Positions 1 to 9,773 of a stretch of DNA of 40,420 bases are shown here, one piece after another. The stretch is from Promethearchaeia archaeon (GTDB lineage Archaea; Asgardarchaeota; Lokiarchaeia; Sigyniarchaeales; SOKP01), in contig JAHQWK010000010.1 of NCBI GenBank assembly GCA_029856145.1, forward strand, positions 1-40,420, written 5' to 3'. The position numbers were made by a program, and so were the translations under genes. Under the pieces are notes generated by a model that was not told where the DNA came from, did no database searches, and was given only the letters and a program-made list of their open reading frames with translations. Position 1 is the first letter of the stretch. Each line of letters starts with the position of its first letter.

Positions 1-146
1 CAGCTCCCCCTGAAAGCTACGGAAACGGTGTTGTGTGCGAAATTATTCCTAAAGAAGTCAAAACTGAAAGAGAAGTTTCCGATGATGTTATCTCCCAATT
101 CAAACAAATTTTACACATATTAAATGAATATAAGGAGTGTATCTAA
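1..146 (+). CDS. 3' end of a hypothetical protein (5'-truncated by window edge)
   Basis: Frame from position 3 is open (APPESYGNGVVCEIIPKEV...NEYKECI) to TAA at 144-146, 3 nt before the next ATG at 150. Confidence 0.55.
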   Translation, partial: APPESYGNGVVCEIIPKEVKTEREVSDDVISQFKQILHILNEYKECI

Positions 147-149
147 AGG

Positions 150-488
150 ATGGAAGATAATAAGTTAGAACAAGAAATTAAGAGTTTGATGAATTTAGGG
201 TACACCGCCCTTATTTCACAGCATTCTAAGGATATTGAAGAGTTTAAGGCACAATCCAATAAATTTCAAAAAATTCTTAAACTCACTTCAAATGATGTCA
301 AGCAGCAACTTCATTTTAATTGTCATGAATGCAATAATCCCATGCAGAGAAATATTTCGCTTACCACTAATAAAATTTATTGGTTTTGCAAATGCTATGG
401 TCATTCTTTTGACACATTAGAATTAATCCATATAATTAATCGAAAGAAAAGAAGACAAAATAAAAATGGAGGACATAAAAGAAAATGA
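150..488 (+). CDS. hypothetical protein with putative zinc ribbon (CHEC...CKC)
   Basis: 112-aa ORF, AAGGAG upstream, Cys pairs, basic C-terminus; ATGA overlap with the next gene. Confidence 0.6.
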   Translation: MEDNKLEQEIKSLMNLGYTALISQHSKDIEEFKAQSNKFQKILKLTSNDVKQQLHFNCHECNNPMQRNISLTTNKIYWFCKCYGHSFDTLELIHIINRKKRRQNKNGGHKRK

Positions 489-808
489 ATGATATTCCTA
501 TTCTTTCTAACTTAGAAAAAAGGATCATTTTAGTATTGGGAGAGGATTTAATGTTTCATAAAGAAATAAGTAGATATACTATAACTGATATTAACAGAAT
601 TTTAAACGAATATAACCAAAAGTATGACAATCAGATTCGCTTAAGTCCCCCCAATTCAACAGTAAAGAGTTTGATAAAGAAAGAGCTAGTTGATTCGGTG
701 TTTGATACCTCTCAAAAAAAGAGAAGAAAGTATTATCTTTTAACGGAGTTAGGGATTAAGTGGTTTCATCGAGCCAAAAAGATCGAAGACTCAATTTTTC
801 AATCCTAA
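485..808 (+). CDS. winged-helix (PadR-like) DNA-binding protein
   Basis: C-terminal 'VKSLIKKELVDS...KKRRKYYLLTELG' matches the PadR/wHTH wing motif (RKYY-x-LT-xxG); GGAGG RBS upstream. Confidence 0.7.
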   Translation: MNDIPILSNLEKRIILVLGEDLMFHKEISRYTITDINRILNEYNQKYDNQIRLSPPNSTVKSLIKKELVDSVFDTSQKKRRKYYLLTELGIKWFHRAKKIEDSIFQS

Positions 809-828
809 TTTTTTATGTGAGGTATAAA

Positions 829-1023
829 ATGACTAAAATTCTTATTATCGCAGGATGTTCTAAAAAAAAATTACCAGAACCTGCCCCTGCAAGTGAATTA
901 AATCATGGGCAACTATTTAAAGCTCAAGAATTTGAAGAATATTTTAAGAAATTAACTAGTTACTTCAATAATTTATTTGATGATAATAAGTTTGAAGAAA
1001 ATAACGTTGTGGTAAATTTATAA
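829..1023 (+). pseudogene. truncated DUF6884-like (YaaA-related) protein fragment
   Basis: ATG at 829 after GTGAGG. 'ILIIAGCSKKK...APASELNHGQLFK' resembles the DUF6884 N-terminus (C-x-x-x-K...A-x-x-LY-x-G-x-x-F), but only 64 aa and similarity is lost afterwards. Confidence 0.5.
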
Positions 1024-1118
1024 AGATCTCTTAATCATAAAAAATAAAATTGATTATCAATTTAAAATCATATATTTACTATTCATAAAACACAGTAATG
1101 AATTAATAACGAGCTAAT

Positions 1119-1907
1119 ATGACTGAAGACAATAACAACAACGTAAAAGAGGAAATTAAACCAGAAACTTCTCCTGATATAGATAACCTTGAAAGAGCAT
1201 CAGAAAGCAAGGAAATCAAAAGATTAGAGGAAAAAGAGCATTATGAACTAGAGTATTTCTCAAAAGAAAAGGTTGAGAAAGAATTAGCTGATCTTAAAGA
1301 AACAATTGAGAAATTACACAAAGAAAAAGATGATTCTCAGAAGAAATATATACATCTTCAAGCTGAATTTGAAAACGCTCAAAAACGTTGGGATAAAAAC
1401 CGACAAAACATGAGGATTGAATACACCGCTTCAGTCTTAAAAAATTTCTTACCTTTATATGATTCCTTTAAAAAGGCTATTGATAGTGCAAATGAAACAG
1501 AGAAAAGTGTTTTAAATAGTTTCTATACCCAATTTATGAGCATTTTAAAATCATATGGAGCTGAACCAATACAAGTAGAAGTGAACGATCAATTTGATTA
1601 TAGCTTACATGAAGCATTAACTTCGGTCGAAAAAGAAGATGTACCAGAGAATAGAATATTAGAAATAATCCAAGATGGATTTAAGTATCGTAAAGAGGTT
1701 ATTCGTTATACAAAAGTTATAATCTCACGAAAACCTAAGCCTCCAGAACCTGAACCAGAGATTAAAGAAGAAAAAGTAGAAGTGGCTACAAGTCAAGAAT
1801 CAGAAACCGAAGAGGAAAGAACTGAAAAAAAAGAGACTAAAGAAAAAAAGCAAAAAGAAAAAAAGCCCAAAAAACATAAGAAAGAAAAAGATAAAGAAAG
1901 CTTATAA
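1119..1907 (+). CDS. grpE: nucleotide exchange factor GrpE
   Basis: 'LQAEFENAQKR', 'FLPLYDSF', 'FDYSLHEAL', 'QDGF...VIR..KVII'; long acidic/Lys-rich tail. Confidence 0.93.
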   Translation: MTEDNNNNVKEEIKPETSPDIDNLERASESKEIKRLEEKEHYELEYFSKEKVEKELADLKETIEKLHKEKDDSQKKYIHLQAEFENAQKRWDKNRQNMRIEYTASVLKNFLPLYDSFKKAIDSANETEKSVLNSFYTQFMSILKSYGAEPIQVEVNDQFDYSLHEALTSVEKEDVPENRILEIIQDGFKYRKEVIRYTKVIISRKPKPPEPEPEIKEEKVEVATSQESETEEERTEKKETKEKKQKEKKPKKHKKEKDKESL

Positions 1908-1998
1908 TTTAATTATTTGAAATTTATTTATTTTAACCTAAAAAATTAATAACCTTAATTTGCTTTTTAACTTAAAAAATAATTAAAATAGAAGAAAA

Positions 1999-2250
1999 AT
2001 GGCTGAAGAACCCCAACTCCCCTCATTACCTAGTATTACAGACGACTGGGACCGAAAAAAAAGATTTATTGAAAAAAAACATAGTATTATTAAATGTGGA
2101 GAATGTAATGAGAGTGTTTCACGATTATTCAATCTTGGAGATTTTGTCTTTAAGAAATTACCAGATGAAGAATGTGAAAAATGTCATAGGACAAAATCCC
2201 TAACAATTGTAGAAATTTATTCAGAATGGGTTGATCCTAAGAAAAAATAA
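1999..2250 (+). CDS. small archaeal zinc-ribbon protein
   Basis: CGEC...CEKC with 'R-x-F-x-x-GDFVFK' between. Confidence 0.7.
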   Translation: MAEEPQLPSLPSITDDWDRKKRFIEKKHSIIKCGECNESVSRLFNLGDFVFKKLPDEECEKCHRTKSLTIVEIYSEWVDPKKK

Positions 2251-2310
2251 ATTTCCTATTTCTCAAAACCTCAAAGCATTAAAAATAAATAGATGTTAAT
2301 TATTTATTCT

Positions 2311-2946
2311 TTAACTTTTAATTCTTTTCCTATTGAGACTAATATATAGGCTGCCCAAAGCTATACCTACTCCAACTAAGAAACTAATACTTATTATATA
2401 CAATAGAATGCCAAGTTTGCTAATATCTAGAAAGGGATATAAGTAATCAATAGTAAAAGTGCCATGTATGAAAGCAAACACTAAATAACCTATTGGATAT
2501 ATGGTCCAATATAGTAAGTAGTTCCACTTATATTTCAATTTAGTTTCTGTTAATACCCAATCGATTATGAATGCGATTGGGGTAAGATAGTGTAAAATTA
2601 TATTACTAAATGCTGCCCATCCTGTTGGGTGGTAAAATATCTGTAGTAGAATTGCAAAGAAAATGAAAGTCGTTGTTATATAGAGAGTAAAAGCACCTTT
2701 TAGAGGACCCATAATTTTTTCAAGAGATTCTGGTTTATTATACCAAAAAATTGCTAATGTAAACCATATGGTAACCATTAAATTTGTTTGCATGGTGTAA
2801 TATTTAAAGCTGACTAACCAAACGAGAGGTAATCCCGAAGTAATTGAATTTATAAATGCACCTGTTATAATAGTAAACCAACTTAGTCCAGCAAAAATTA
2901 TACGGTAAATTAAAATAGTTTTGCTTGAGAGAATCCTTTCAGTCAT
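2311..2946 (-). CDS. Pr6Pr / FAR-17a-AIG1-like integral membrane protein
   Basis: About 6 hydrophobic segments; 'YYTMQTN', 'LHYLTP', 'YPFLD' motifs. Confidence 0.8.
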   Translation of the reverse strand: MTERILSSKTILIYRIIFAGLSWFTIITGAFINSITSGLPLVWLVSFKYYTMQTNLMVTIWFTLAIFWYNKPESLEKIMGPLKGAFTLYITTTFIFFAILLQIFYHPTGWAAFSNIILHYLTPIAFIIDWVLTETKLKYKWNYLLYWTIYPIGYLVFAFIHGTFTIDYLYPFLDISKLGILLYIISISFLVGVGIALGSLYISLNRKRIKS

Positions 2947-3200
2947 TTTTAATATATCACTAGAAGTAATTAGTTATGTAGGTATTAAGAATAATAAAAT
3001 AAAACCATTTCTTTTCCGTCTCTTTTTATATTATATAAAAAAAGTAAATTTTTTATTTCTAAAGATTTAATAATCGTTTTATTAAATTTAATGATAAGTA
3101 ACAAAATCAAGCTTTATTCTTACATAATCTTGTTAATATTTTAATAGAGATAATAATATACATTATATAGCGATAAAGTTACATTAATATTAGAAAAATC

Positions 3201-3554
3201 TTGCAACGCCTAAAAGAAATTTCGGACAAAATATCGAATAGAAAAATTAAATTAAGAAAATCTTTAAACTCTTTAATAAAACAATTAAAGGGTTTTGGAG
3301 CAATTAAAATATTTCTTTTTGGATCGTATGTTAAGGAAGAAATCGATGTAAATAGTGATCTCGATATATTCGTTATTATGCCTTCAAATAAAACAGGAAA
3401 AGAATGGTTGAATTTTATTTACAGTAATATTATACGAGACATTTCTTCAGATATAATTGTGTTTAATGATAATGAATTTAAGAATCAATTATCATCAAAT
3501 TCATTTTTAAAGAATATTATTAACTCAGGGAGATTATTATATGAAAAAGCCTAA
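3201..3554 (+). CDS. minimal nucleotidyltransferase (MNT)
   Basis: 'LFGSY...SDLDIFVI' Pol-beta superfamily motif; TTG start; overlaps HEPN gene by 14 nt. Confidence 0.88.
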   Translation: MQRLKEISDKISNRKIKLRKSLNSLIKQLKGFGAIKIFLFGSYVKEEIDVNSDLDIFVIMPSNKTGKEWLNFIYSNIIRDISSDIIVFNDNEFKNQLSSNSFLKNIINSGRLLYEKA

Positions 3555-3957
3555 AAAAGAAGAAGCTTTAAGATGGTTTACGCACGCAAAAGATGAATTC
3601 ATTGATGCAGATGAATTAAGGAAAAGAAAACGGTTTTACCTAGCTTTATTTCATTTCCAACAATCAACTGAAAAAGCTCTTAAAGCTTATTTGTATTTAA
3701 AGGTGAAGTCTATTGAAATTTTTTATACACATTCTATAAATGATCTAATTAATATGGTAATTGAAATTGACCGAGATTTTAAAGAATTAATATCTGTAAA
3801 AAAGCTAGATCAATATTATATCCCTACTAGATATCCCAATGGTCTTCCTGGAGGTATTCCTTCAAGATATTATGATGATCCTGAAGAAGCAGAAAATGCT
3901 ATGCTATTAGCAAAAAGCATAATTAATTTAGTTGAGAAGAAAATAAAACAAGAATAA
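3541..3957 (+). CDS. HEPN domain protein (COG2250-type), partner of MNT
   Basis: 'ALFHFQQSTEKALKA', 'THSINDL', 'YIPTRYPN' motifs. Confidence 0.88.
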   Translation: MKKPKKEEALRWFTHAKDEFIDADELRKRKRFYLALFHFQQSTEKALKAYLYLKVKSIEIFYTHSINDLINMVIEIDRDFKELISVKKLDQYYIPTRYPNGLPGGIPSRYYDDPEEAENAMLLAKSIINLVEKKIKQE

Positions 3958-3983
3958 ATAATTTTATTATAAAATGTTTTTTA

Positions 3984-4982
3984 TTATTCCTTTTCAAGTC
4001 CTAACATCTTAATTATTAGATTTGCCATGGAATAAGGATCTAAAGATTTTTGAATAGCTTGATCAATATATTTTCCAATTTCTTTATCAGAACTAAGTAA
4101 TTCCTCAACTTTTTCCGTCAATTTATGTTTTAAAATCTGAATAGTCTCATTTGTAATTCTGTTTTTCATATAATTCGAAATAACACCTGATTCTTCTAAA
4201 AATGACTTATGCTTTTGTATTAATTCAAGAAGCTCATCAAAATTTTCTCCAATTTTAGAATTCACTTTTGTGATTTCAGGGGTCCACAGTTCTATTTTAG
4301 CGTATTTTTCACTTATATCCTTTGAGTCATACTTATAATTTTTTCTAAATTCAAGCATTTGCATTATTTCACTTACCTTTTTATCTGCTCCAGGTAAATC
4401 CATTTTATTTACGACAAATATATCTGTTATTTCCATTATACCTGATTTTATCGCTTGAATATCATCTCCTAATCCTGGGACTAATAAAACTACAACAGTT
4501 TGCGCAGATTTGAAGATATCGACTTCAGATTGTCCGACCCCTACAGTTTCAATAATTATGATATCACATCCATATGCATCCAGTATTTTTATTACATCCT
4601 CAGTAGCTCTCGCAAGTCCTCCCAATTGACCTCTATTGGCCATACTTCTAATAAAAACATTATCCAATGAGAAATATTGTTTCATACGTATTCGATCTCC
4701 GAGGAGAGCGCCACCAGTTAAAGGTGAAGATGGATCTACACAAATAATTCCAATTTTTTTACCTTGTTCAACGTATATTTTAATTAAAGTGGAGATAAAT
4801 GTTGATTTACCTGTTCCTGGTGCTCCAGTAATACCTAGAATATATGCATTACCTGTATGTCCATAAATAGAATTAATAATTTCTTCGGCAGCATCAATAT
4901 CATTCTCTATAAAAGTAATTAAACGCGCTGCAGCTCTTGGGTTCCCCTTTAATAATTGAGAAATAAAATTAGAATAATCCAT
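3984..4982 (-). CDS. meaB: MeaB/ArgK G-protein chaperone of B12-dependent acyl-CoA mutase
   Basis: 'GITGAPGTGKST', 'VDPSSPLTGGALLGDRIRM', 'ETVGVGQSE', 'VNKMD'. Confidence 0.95.
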   Translation of the reverse strand: MDYSNFISQLLKGNPRAAARLITFIENDIDAAEEIINSIYGHTGNAYILGITGAPGTGKSTFISTLIKIYVEQGKKIGIICVDPSSPLTGGALLGDRIRMKQYFSLDNVFIRSMANRGQLGGLARATEDVIKILDAYGCDIIIIETVGVGQSEVDIFKSAQTVVVLLVPGLGDDIQAIKSGIMEITDIFVVNKMDLPGADKKVSEIMQMLEFRKNYKYDSKDISEKYAKIELWTPEITKVNSKIGENFDELLELIQKHKSFLEESGVISNYMKNRITNETIQILKHKLTEKVEELLSSDKEIGKYIDQAIQKSLDPYSMANLIIKMLGLEKE

Positions 4983-4989
4983 TCTATTA

Positions 4990-5391
4990 TTATCTTTTCA
5001 AGTTGTTTTTAACAAATTCAACGATAGTTTTTAAATCAGTTCCTGGTCCATAAAAACCTTTTAATCCATGTTTCTCTAAAAAAACTTTATCCCCATCTGG
5101 AATAATTCCCCCTACGGCAACAAGAACATCATCTATTCCATGTTCTTTTAATTTCTCCATGATTAAAGGGCATAAAGCATTATGAGAACCAGATAACATA
5201 CTTAGCATTACAGCATCAGGGTCTTCTTGGATAACAGTATTTACTACATCATCCGGTGTTTGATGTATACCAGTGTAAATTACTTCCATTCCCGCATCTC
5301 GTAATGCTCTAGCTAAAACTTTGGCTCCTCTGTCATGCCCATCAAGACCGGGCTTACAAACCAAAACCTTAATTTTTCTTTCCTCATTCAT
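4990..5391 (-). CDS. acyl-CoA mutase small (cobalamin-binding) subunit
   Basis: 'KPGLDGHDRG' (DxHxxG), 'SMLSGSH', 'GGIIP', 'GPGT'. Confidence 0.95.
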   Translation of the reverse strand: MNEERKIKVLVCKPGLDGHDRGAKVLARALRDAGMEVIYTGIHQTPDDVVNTVIQEDPDAVMLSMLSGSHNALCPLIMEKLKEHGIDDVLVAVGGIIPDGDKVFLEKHGLKGFYGPGTDLKTIVEFVKNNLKR

Positions 5392-5405
5392 TTTGTATCT
5401 TCTCC

Positions 5406-7061
5406 TTAAAAAATCGAATCTTCATGATAACTTCCGAATACTTCCTTTAAAGCATTTATAATTTCTCCTATGGAAGTATATTGTCTAACTGCATCTATAA
5501 TAAATGGCATTAAATTTTCTGTACCTCTCGCCGCTTCTTTTAATTTTTCAAGTTTCTTCCGTACTTTATCATTATTCCTTTCTTCTTTTAATTTATTTAA
5601 TTTTCTAATTTGTTCACTCGCAACTTCTTCATCAATTTTTAAGAGAGGAACTGAGCATGGTTCTTTTTGTTCAAATTGATTTACAGCTACAATTATCCTC
5701 TCCCTATTCTCGATTTCTCGCTGATATTTATAAGAAGCATTAGCAATTTCTTTTTGAAAGAAATTAGCTTTTATTGCTGGAACAACTCCCCCAAGTTCTT
5801 CAATTCTTTGAAAGTAATTTTCAGCTTCTTCTTCCATCTTATTTGTGAGCCATTCCACATAATAAGAACCTGCTAAGGGATCAACAGTATCTGTTACTCC
5901 TGACTCGTGTGCGATTATTTGTTGTGTTCTTAAAGCTATTTTTACAGCATTTTCTGTTGGAAGACATAACGCTTCATCAAATGAATTAGTGTGTAACGAT
6001 TGTGTTCCTCCAAGAATAGAAGCTAACCCTTGCATTGTCACTCTAGCAATATTATTTTCAGGTTCTTGAGCTGCTAATGACACTCCTGCTGTTTGCGTAT
6101 GAAATCGTAATCGCATTGATTCTGGTTTCTTGGCTCCATATTTATTTTTCATATGTCTAGCCCATATTCGTCTCGCTGCTCGATATTTACAAATTTCTTC
6201 AAAGAAGTTATTATGAGAATTAAAGAAAAAGGATAAACGAGGCGCAAAATCATCTATATCCAAGCCTCTCTCTAACGCAGCTTCAACATATGCAAAACCA
6301 TCTGCTAATGTAAAAGCTAATTCTTGAACTGCTGTAGATCCTGCTTCTCTAATATGATACCCACTAATACTTATTGTATACCATTGAGGTACATGTTTTG
6401 CGCAATACTCTATCGTATCAATTATTATTCGTATTGATGGTTCAGGAGGAAAAATCCATGATTTTTGAGCAATATATTCTTTCAAAATATCATTTTGAAT
6501 AGTTCCTCTTAACTCTTCTGGAGTATGGCCTTGTTTTTCAGCGGTTACGATATATAATGCTAGCAATATTGAAGCAGGGCCATTAATAGTCATGGAAGTA
6601 CTTATTTTTGAAAGGTCAATCCCATCAAATAGAGTCTGCATATCTTTCAAAGAGTCTATTGCTACACCCTCCTTACCAATTTCCCCTAAGGCTCTTGGAT
6701 CAGTTGCATCAATGCCATAAATAGTATGCAAACTAAAAGCTACACTTAAACCAGTATTACCATGATTAATTAAAAATTTATATCGTTTATTTGTTTGTTC
6801 TGCATTTCCAAATCCTGCGAATTGACGCATAGTCCACAGTTGCCCTCGATACATATTGGGATATGCACCTCGTGTAAAGGGGTATTGACCTGGAAATCCT
6901 AAGTCAAGTGCATAATTAAAATCTTTTATATCATTAGGAGTATATAATCTATTACTTTCTATTTCAGATAAGTTCCTAAAACTTTGTTTTCTTTCTTTTT
7001 TAAGTGAAATAGAATTCTCCCATTCTTTCTTTTCTTGTTCAATTTTATCGTTTTCAGTCAT
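5406..7061 (-). CDS. B12-dependent acyl-CoA mutase large subunit, isobutyryl-CoA mutase-type signature
   Basis: 'FPGQYPFTRG', 'WTMRQFAGFG', 'GTIQNDILKEYIAQK', 'SISGYHIREAG', 'GGTQSLHTN'; F and Q at the positions equivalent to MCM Y89 and R207. Confidence 0.93.
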   Translation of the reverse strand: MTENDKIEQEKKEWENSISLKKERKQSFRNLSEIESNRLYTPNDIKDFNYALDLGFPGQYPFTRGAYPNMYRGQLWTMRQFAGFGNAEQTNKRYKFLINHGNTGLSVAFSLHTIYGIDATDPRALGEIGKEGVAIDSLKDMQTLFDGIDLSKISTSMTINGPASILLALYIVTAEKQGHTPEELRGTIQNDILKEYIAQKSWIFPPEPSIRIIIDTIEYCAKHVPQWYTISISGYHIREAGSTAVQELAFTLADGFAYVEAALERGLDIDDFAPRLSFFFNSHNNFFEEICKYRAARRIWARHMKNKYGAKKPESMRLRFHTQTAGVSLAAQEPENNIARVTMQGLASILGGTQSLHTNSFDEALCLPTENAVKIALRTQQIIAHESGVTDTVDPLAGSYYVEWLTNKMEEEAENYFQRIEELGGVVPAIKANFFQKEIANASYKYQREIENRERIIVAVNQFEQKEPCSVPLLKIDEEVASEQIRKLNKLKEERNNDKVRKKLEKLKEAARGTENLMPFIIDAVRQYTSIGEIINALKEVFGSYHEDSIF

Positions 7062-7071
7062 AATAATTGGC

Positions 7072-7092
7072 CCTCTAAGGTTACCTTGGAGG
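7072..7092. promoter_or_regulatory. inverted repeat over the RBS of the mutase operon
   Basis: CCTCTAAGG-TTA-CCTTGGAGG (8/9 match), 11-31 nt upstream of the ATG at 7061. Confidence 0.4.
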
Positions 7093-7223
7093 TTTAGTCT
7101 ATTATTTTATGATTATTAGTTCTTCAATTAGATAAGAGTTTAAAATTATTTTAACTTTATTTTATCTTTTTTATAGAAAAAGAATAATTTTAAAATTAGA
7201 TATTAAAATTAAAGAAATAATTA

Positions 7224-8117
7224 TTAAGATCGAGAAATAATAAAATCGACGAGTTTTCCATATTTTTTAACGTTATCATAACTTTTTGGAGCTTTTTCCC
7301 TAAAATAATCCTTGAAGACCTCCCAATTCTCCTTTTTACCCGAAGGTGCTTCAGTTAATACTTTTTTAGCTTCATTAAAGTCGTAGGTAAAGATTAAACC
7401 ATTATCAATTCTATTAGCATTCTCAGACAAGAGAAAAAGATAATAATCATTTAAGTCCCAAGGATTTAAAACATGTTCTGGTTTGTTTCCATCTCCCGCT
7501 TTCTTTCCTCTCAATGCCCTCGTATCTACTTGAGTTGGTAATACCATATTAAATGTTATATTTTCTCTCTTATATTCTGTTGCCATGGCTTTTTGCATTC
7601 CTACAACAGCATATTTGGATGCTACATAGGCTGTAAGTTTTGATGGAGCATTTGGGTATGCTTCGCTTCCTGTGATAATAAACCTTGCTTTATCGTTTTT
7701 ATTATCTTTCTTTAAGTATGGATAAGCGGCTTTAAAAGTATAGAACACTCCGAGCACATTAACATTTAAGATTTCAGCAAATTTCTCGTTGATAAACTCA
7801 TGAGTTGTCCACATTCGAGAATAACCCGCATTCGCGATTACACTATTAATTAAACCGAGCTCATCTTGAAAAGTCATAAAGGCTTCCATTACTTGCTGGA
7901 ATTTGGTAATATCCGCAATTTTGGTAACAACTTTTACATTTATTCCTAGATCTTCAATTTCTTTCTTAGTTGCATTCAATTCTTCCATAGTTCTTGCAGT
8001 TAATCCTATGTTTGCCCCTTCTTTAGCGCACGCTTTTGCTATTTCTTTTCCAATACCTCTACCTGCTCCAGTTATAATCACATTTTTTCCTTTTAACAAC
8101 ATTATATAATTCACCAA
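7224..8117 (-). CDS. short-chain dehydrogenase/reductase (SDR)
   Basis: 'TGAGRGIG', 'ANAG', 'YVASK'; true start may be the ATG at 8102. Confidence 0.92.
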   Translation of the reverse strand: MVNYIMLLKGKNVIITGAGRGIGKEIAKACAKEGANIGLTARTMEELNATKKEIEDLGINVKVVTKIADITKFQQVMEAFMTFQDELGLINSVIANAGYSRMWTTHEFINEKFAEILNVNVLGVFYTFKAAYPYLKKDNKNDKARFIITGSEAYPNAPSKLTAYVASKYAVVGMQKAMATEYKRENITFNMVLPTQVDTRALRGKKAGDGNKPEHVLNPWDLNDYYLFLLSENANRIDNGLIFTYDFNEAKKVLTEAPSGKKENWEVFKDYFREKAPKSYDNVKKYGKLVDFIISRS

Positions 8118-8270
8118 TAACAGTTAGTTCATTAATTTAATATTCATAAACTAAAAGAAAATACATATAGTTGATTAAAGTTAAATTATTTAAGAATAAT
8201 TGAAAGATAATCAATAAAGATTTTTATTTTAAATAAAAGTGTATTCATCAAAGCAAATAATGTTTAAGCG

Positions 8271-9737
8271 GTGAAGATATTTAAAATCGCCTTAGTAAAT
8301 CCGGGACCTGGAGAAATTTTAGAGAAAGGCAGAATTGTTGCAAATGCAGATCATATTTATCCGCCTTTAGGAATTTGTTACTTAAGTGCTATATTAAAGA
8401 ATGAGAATTATCAAGTTGATTTAATTGACCAAGCTGCTATGGGTTTCAATTTACAGCAAATAGTAAAATGGATTAAAAAGAAAGATCCAGATGTTTTAGG
8501 TTTTTCTACTTTAACGGCATCTGGATCGGGAATTAGTGCTGCATTAACTTCGATTGAGGTAAAGAAATGGAACCCAAATATTAAAATAGTATTTGGAAAT
8601 CGGCATGTAAATCATAATGATTTTAGAATTTTAAACAAATATCCCGAAGTTGATATTTGTGTAAGGGATGAGGGTGAATTTACCTTTCTGGAATTAATTA
8701 AAACATTAGAAAAAAATCAATCATTGAAAGATATTAGAGGCTTAACTTATATAGACAATGGTAAGATAAAGAGAAATGAAAAACGCCCATTGATCAAAGA
8801 TCTTGATGCAATACCTTTTCCTGATAGAAAAGCTTTAAAAATTGAATATACAGGGAGTTTTGGTGGTTTAGAGTTTGCACCTGAAGGTTTTACCTCAATG
8901 ATTTCTTCTCGAGGATGTCCTTATCACTGTTCCTTTTGTTATGGAAAAAGAACAGTGGGCTTTAGAACTCGTTCAGTAGAGAATATAATGAAAGAAATTC
9001 TATTTTTAGAGAGTGAGGGATATAAATACTTAAATTTTGTAGATGATAACTTCACTGTATCGAAGAAAAGAGTGATAAAGCTCAGTCGATTAATGCAAAA
9101 ACATAAAGTAGACCTGGATTGGATATGCGAAGGAAGAGTAAATCAAGTGTCTGATGAAATGGTACGCGAAATGAGAAGAGCTAATTGCAGAATTATTTTT
9201 TATGGGATAGAAAGTGCGAATCAGAGAATTCTTGATTATTATAAGAAAAATATAACACCCTCCCAATCAATTCTAGCGGTAAAAAAAACTCGTAAAGCAA
9301 AAATTCCATTCATTTTAGGCTCATTCATTGTTGGTGCACCAGGTGAGACGTTTTCAGAGGTATATAATACTTTAAAATTCGCTCAAAAATTGGATATTGA
9401 CTTTCCAGTGTATAATCTTCTGGGAACAATGCCTGGAACCGATATTTGGGATGAGATGGTTGAGAAAAATATTCTTGATGAAGAGAAATATTGGGAAGAA
9501 GGAGTTCATATCTCAGATATTGACCCTTATGGAGTTCCAACTGAAAAGATTTCTAATTTGATTCTAGAAATGCTAAAACAGTTTTTTATGAATCCAAAAT
9601 ATATGATAAAAGCAATATTTAGAAATACCACAAGCTCTTATAAATTCTTTTCATTACTTAAGATCCTTTCGCATAATATAAAGAATTTCGAGAATTTCCA
9701 CGGAGTGAAATCATTTTGGAACCCAGATAATGTTTAA
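8271..9737 (+). CDS. cobalamin-binding radical SAM protein
   Basis: N-terminal B12-binding domain ('PPLGICYL'), 'SRGCPYHCSFC', 'DDNF', 'GIES'. Confidence 0.93.
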   Translation: MKIFKIALVNPGPGEILEKGRIVANADHIYPPLGICYLSAILKNENYQVDLIDQAAMGFNLQQIVKWIKKKDPDVLGFSTLTASGSGISAALTSIEVKKWNPNIKIVFGNRHVNHNDFRILNKYPEVDICVRDEGEFTFLELIKTLEKNQSLKDIRGLTYIDNGKIKRNEKRPLIKDLDAIPFPDRKALKIEYTGSFGGLEFAPEGFTSMISSRGCPYHCSFCYGKRTVGFRTRSVENIMKEILFLESEGYKYLNFVDDNFTVSKKRVIKLSRLMQKHKVDLDWICEGRVNQVSDEMVREMRRANCRIIFYGIESANQRILDYYKKNITPSQSILAVKKTRKAKIPFILGSFIVGAPGETFSEVYNTLKFAQKLDIDFPVYNLLGTMPGTDIWDEMVEKNILDEEKYWEEGVHISDIDPYGVPTEKISNLILEMLKQFFMNPKYMIKAIFRNTTSSYKFFSLLKILSHNIKNFENFHGVKSFWNPDNV

Positions 9738-9773
9738 AAGCACATTTTTCCATAAACTATTTTTTTTTGAAGA

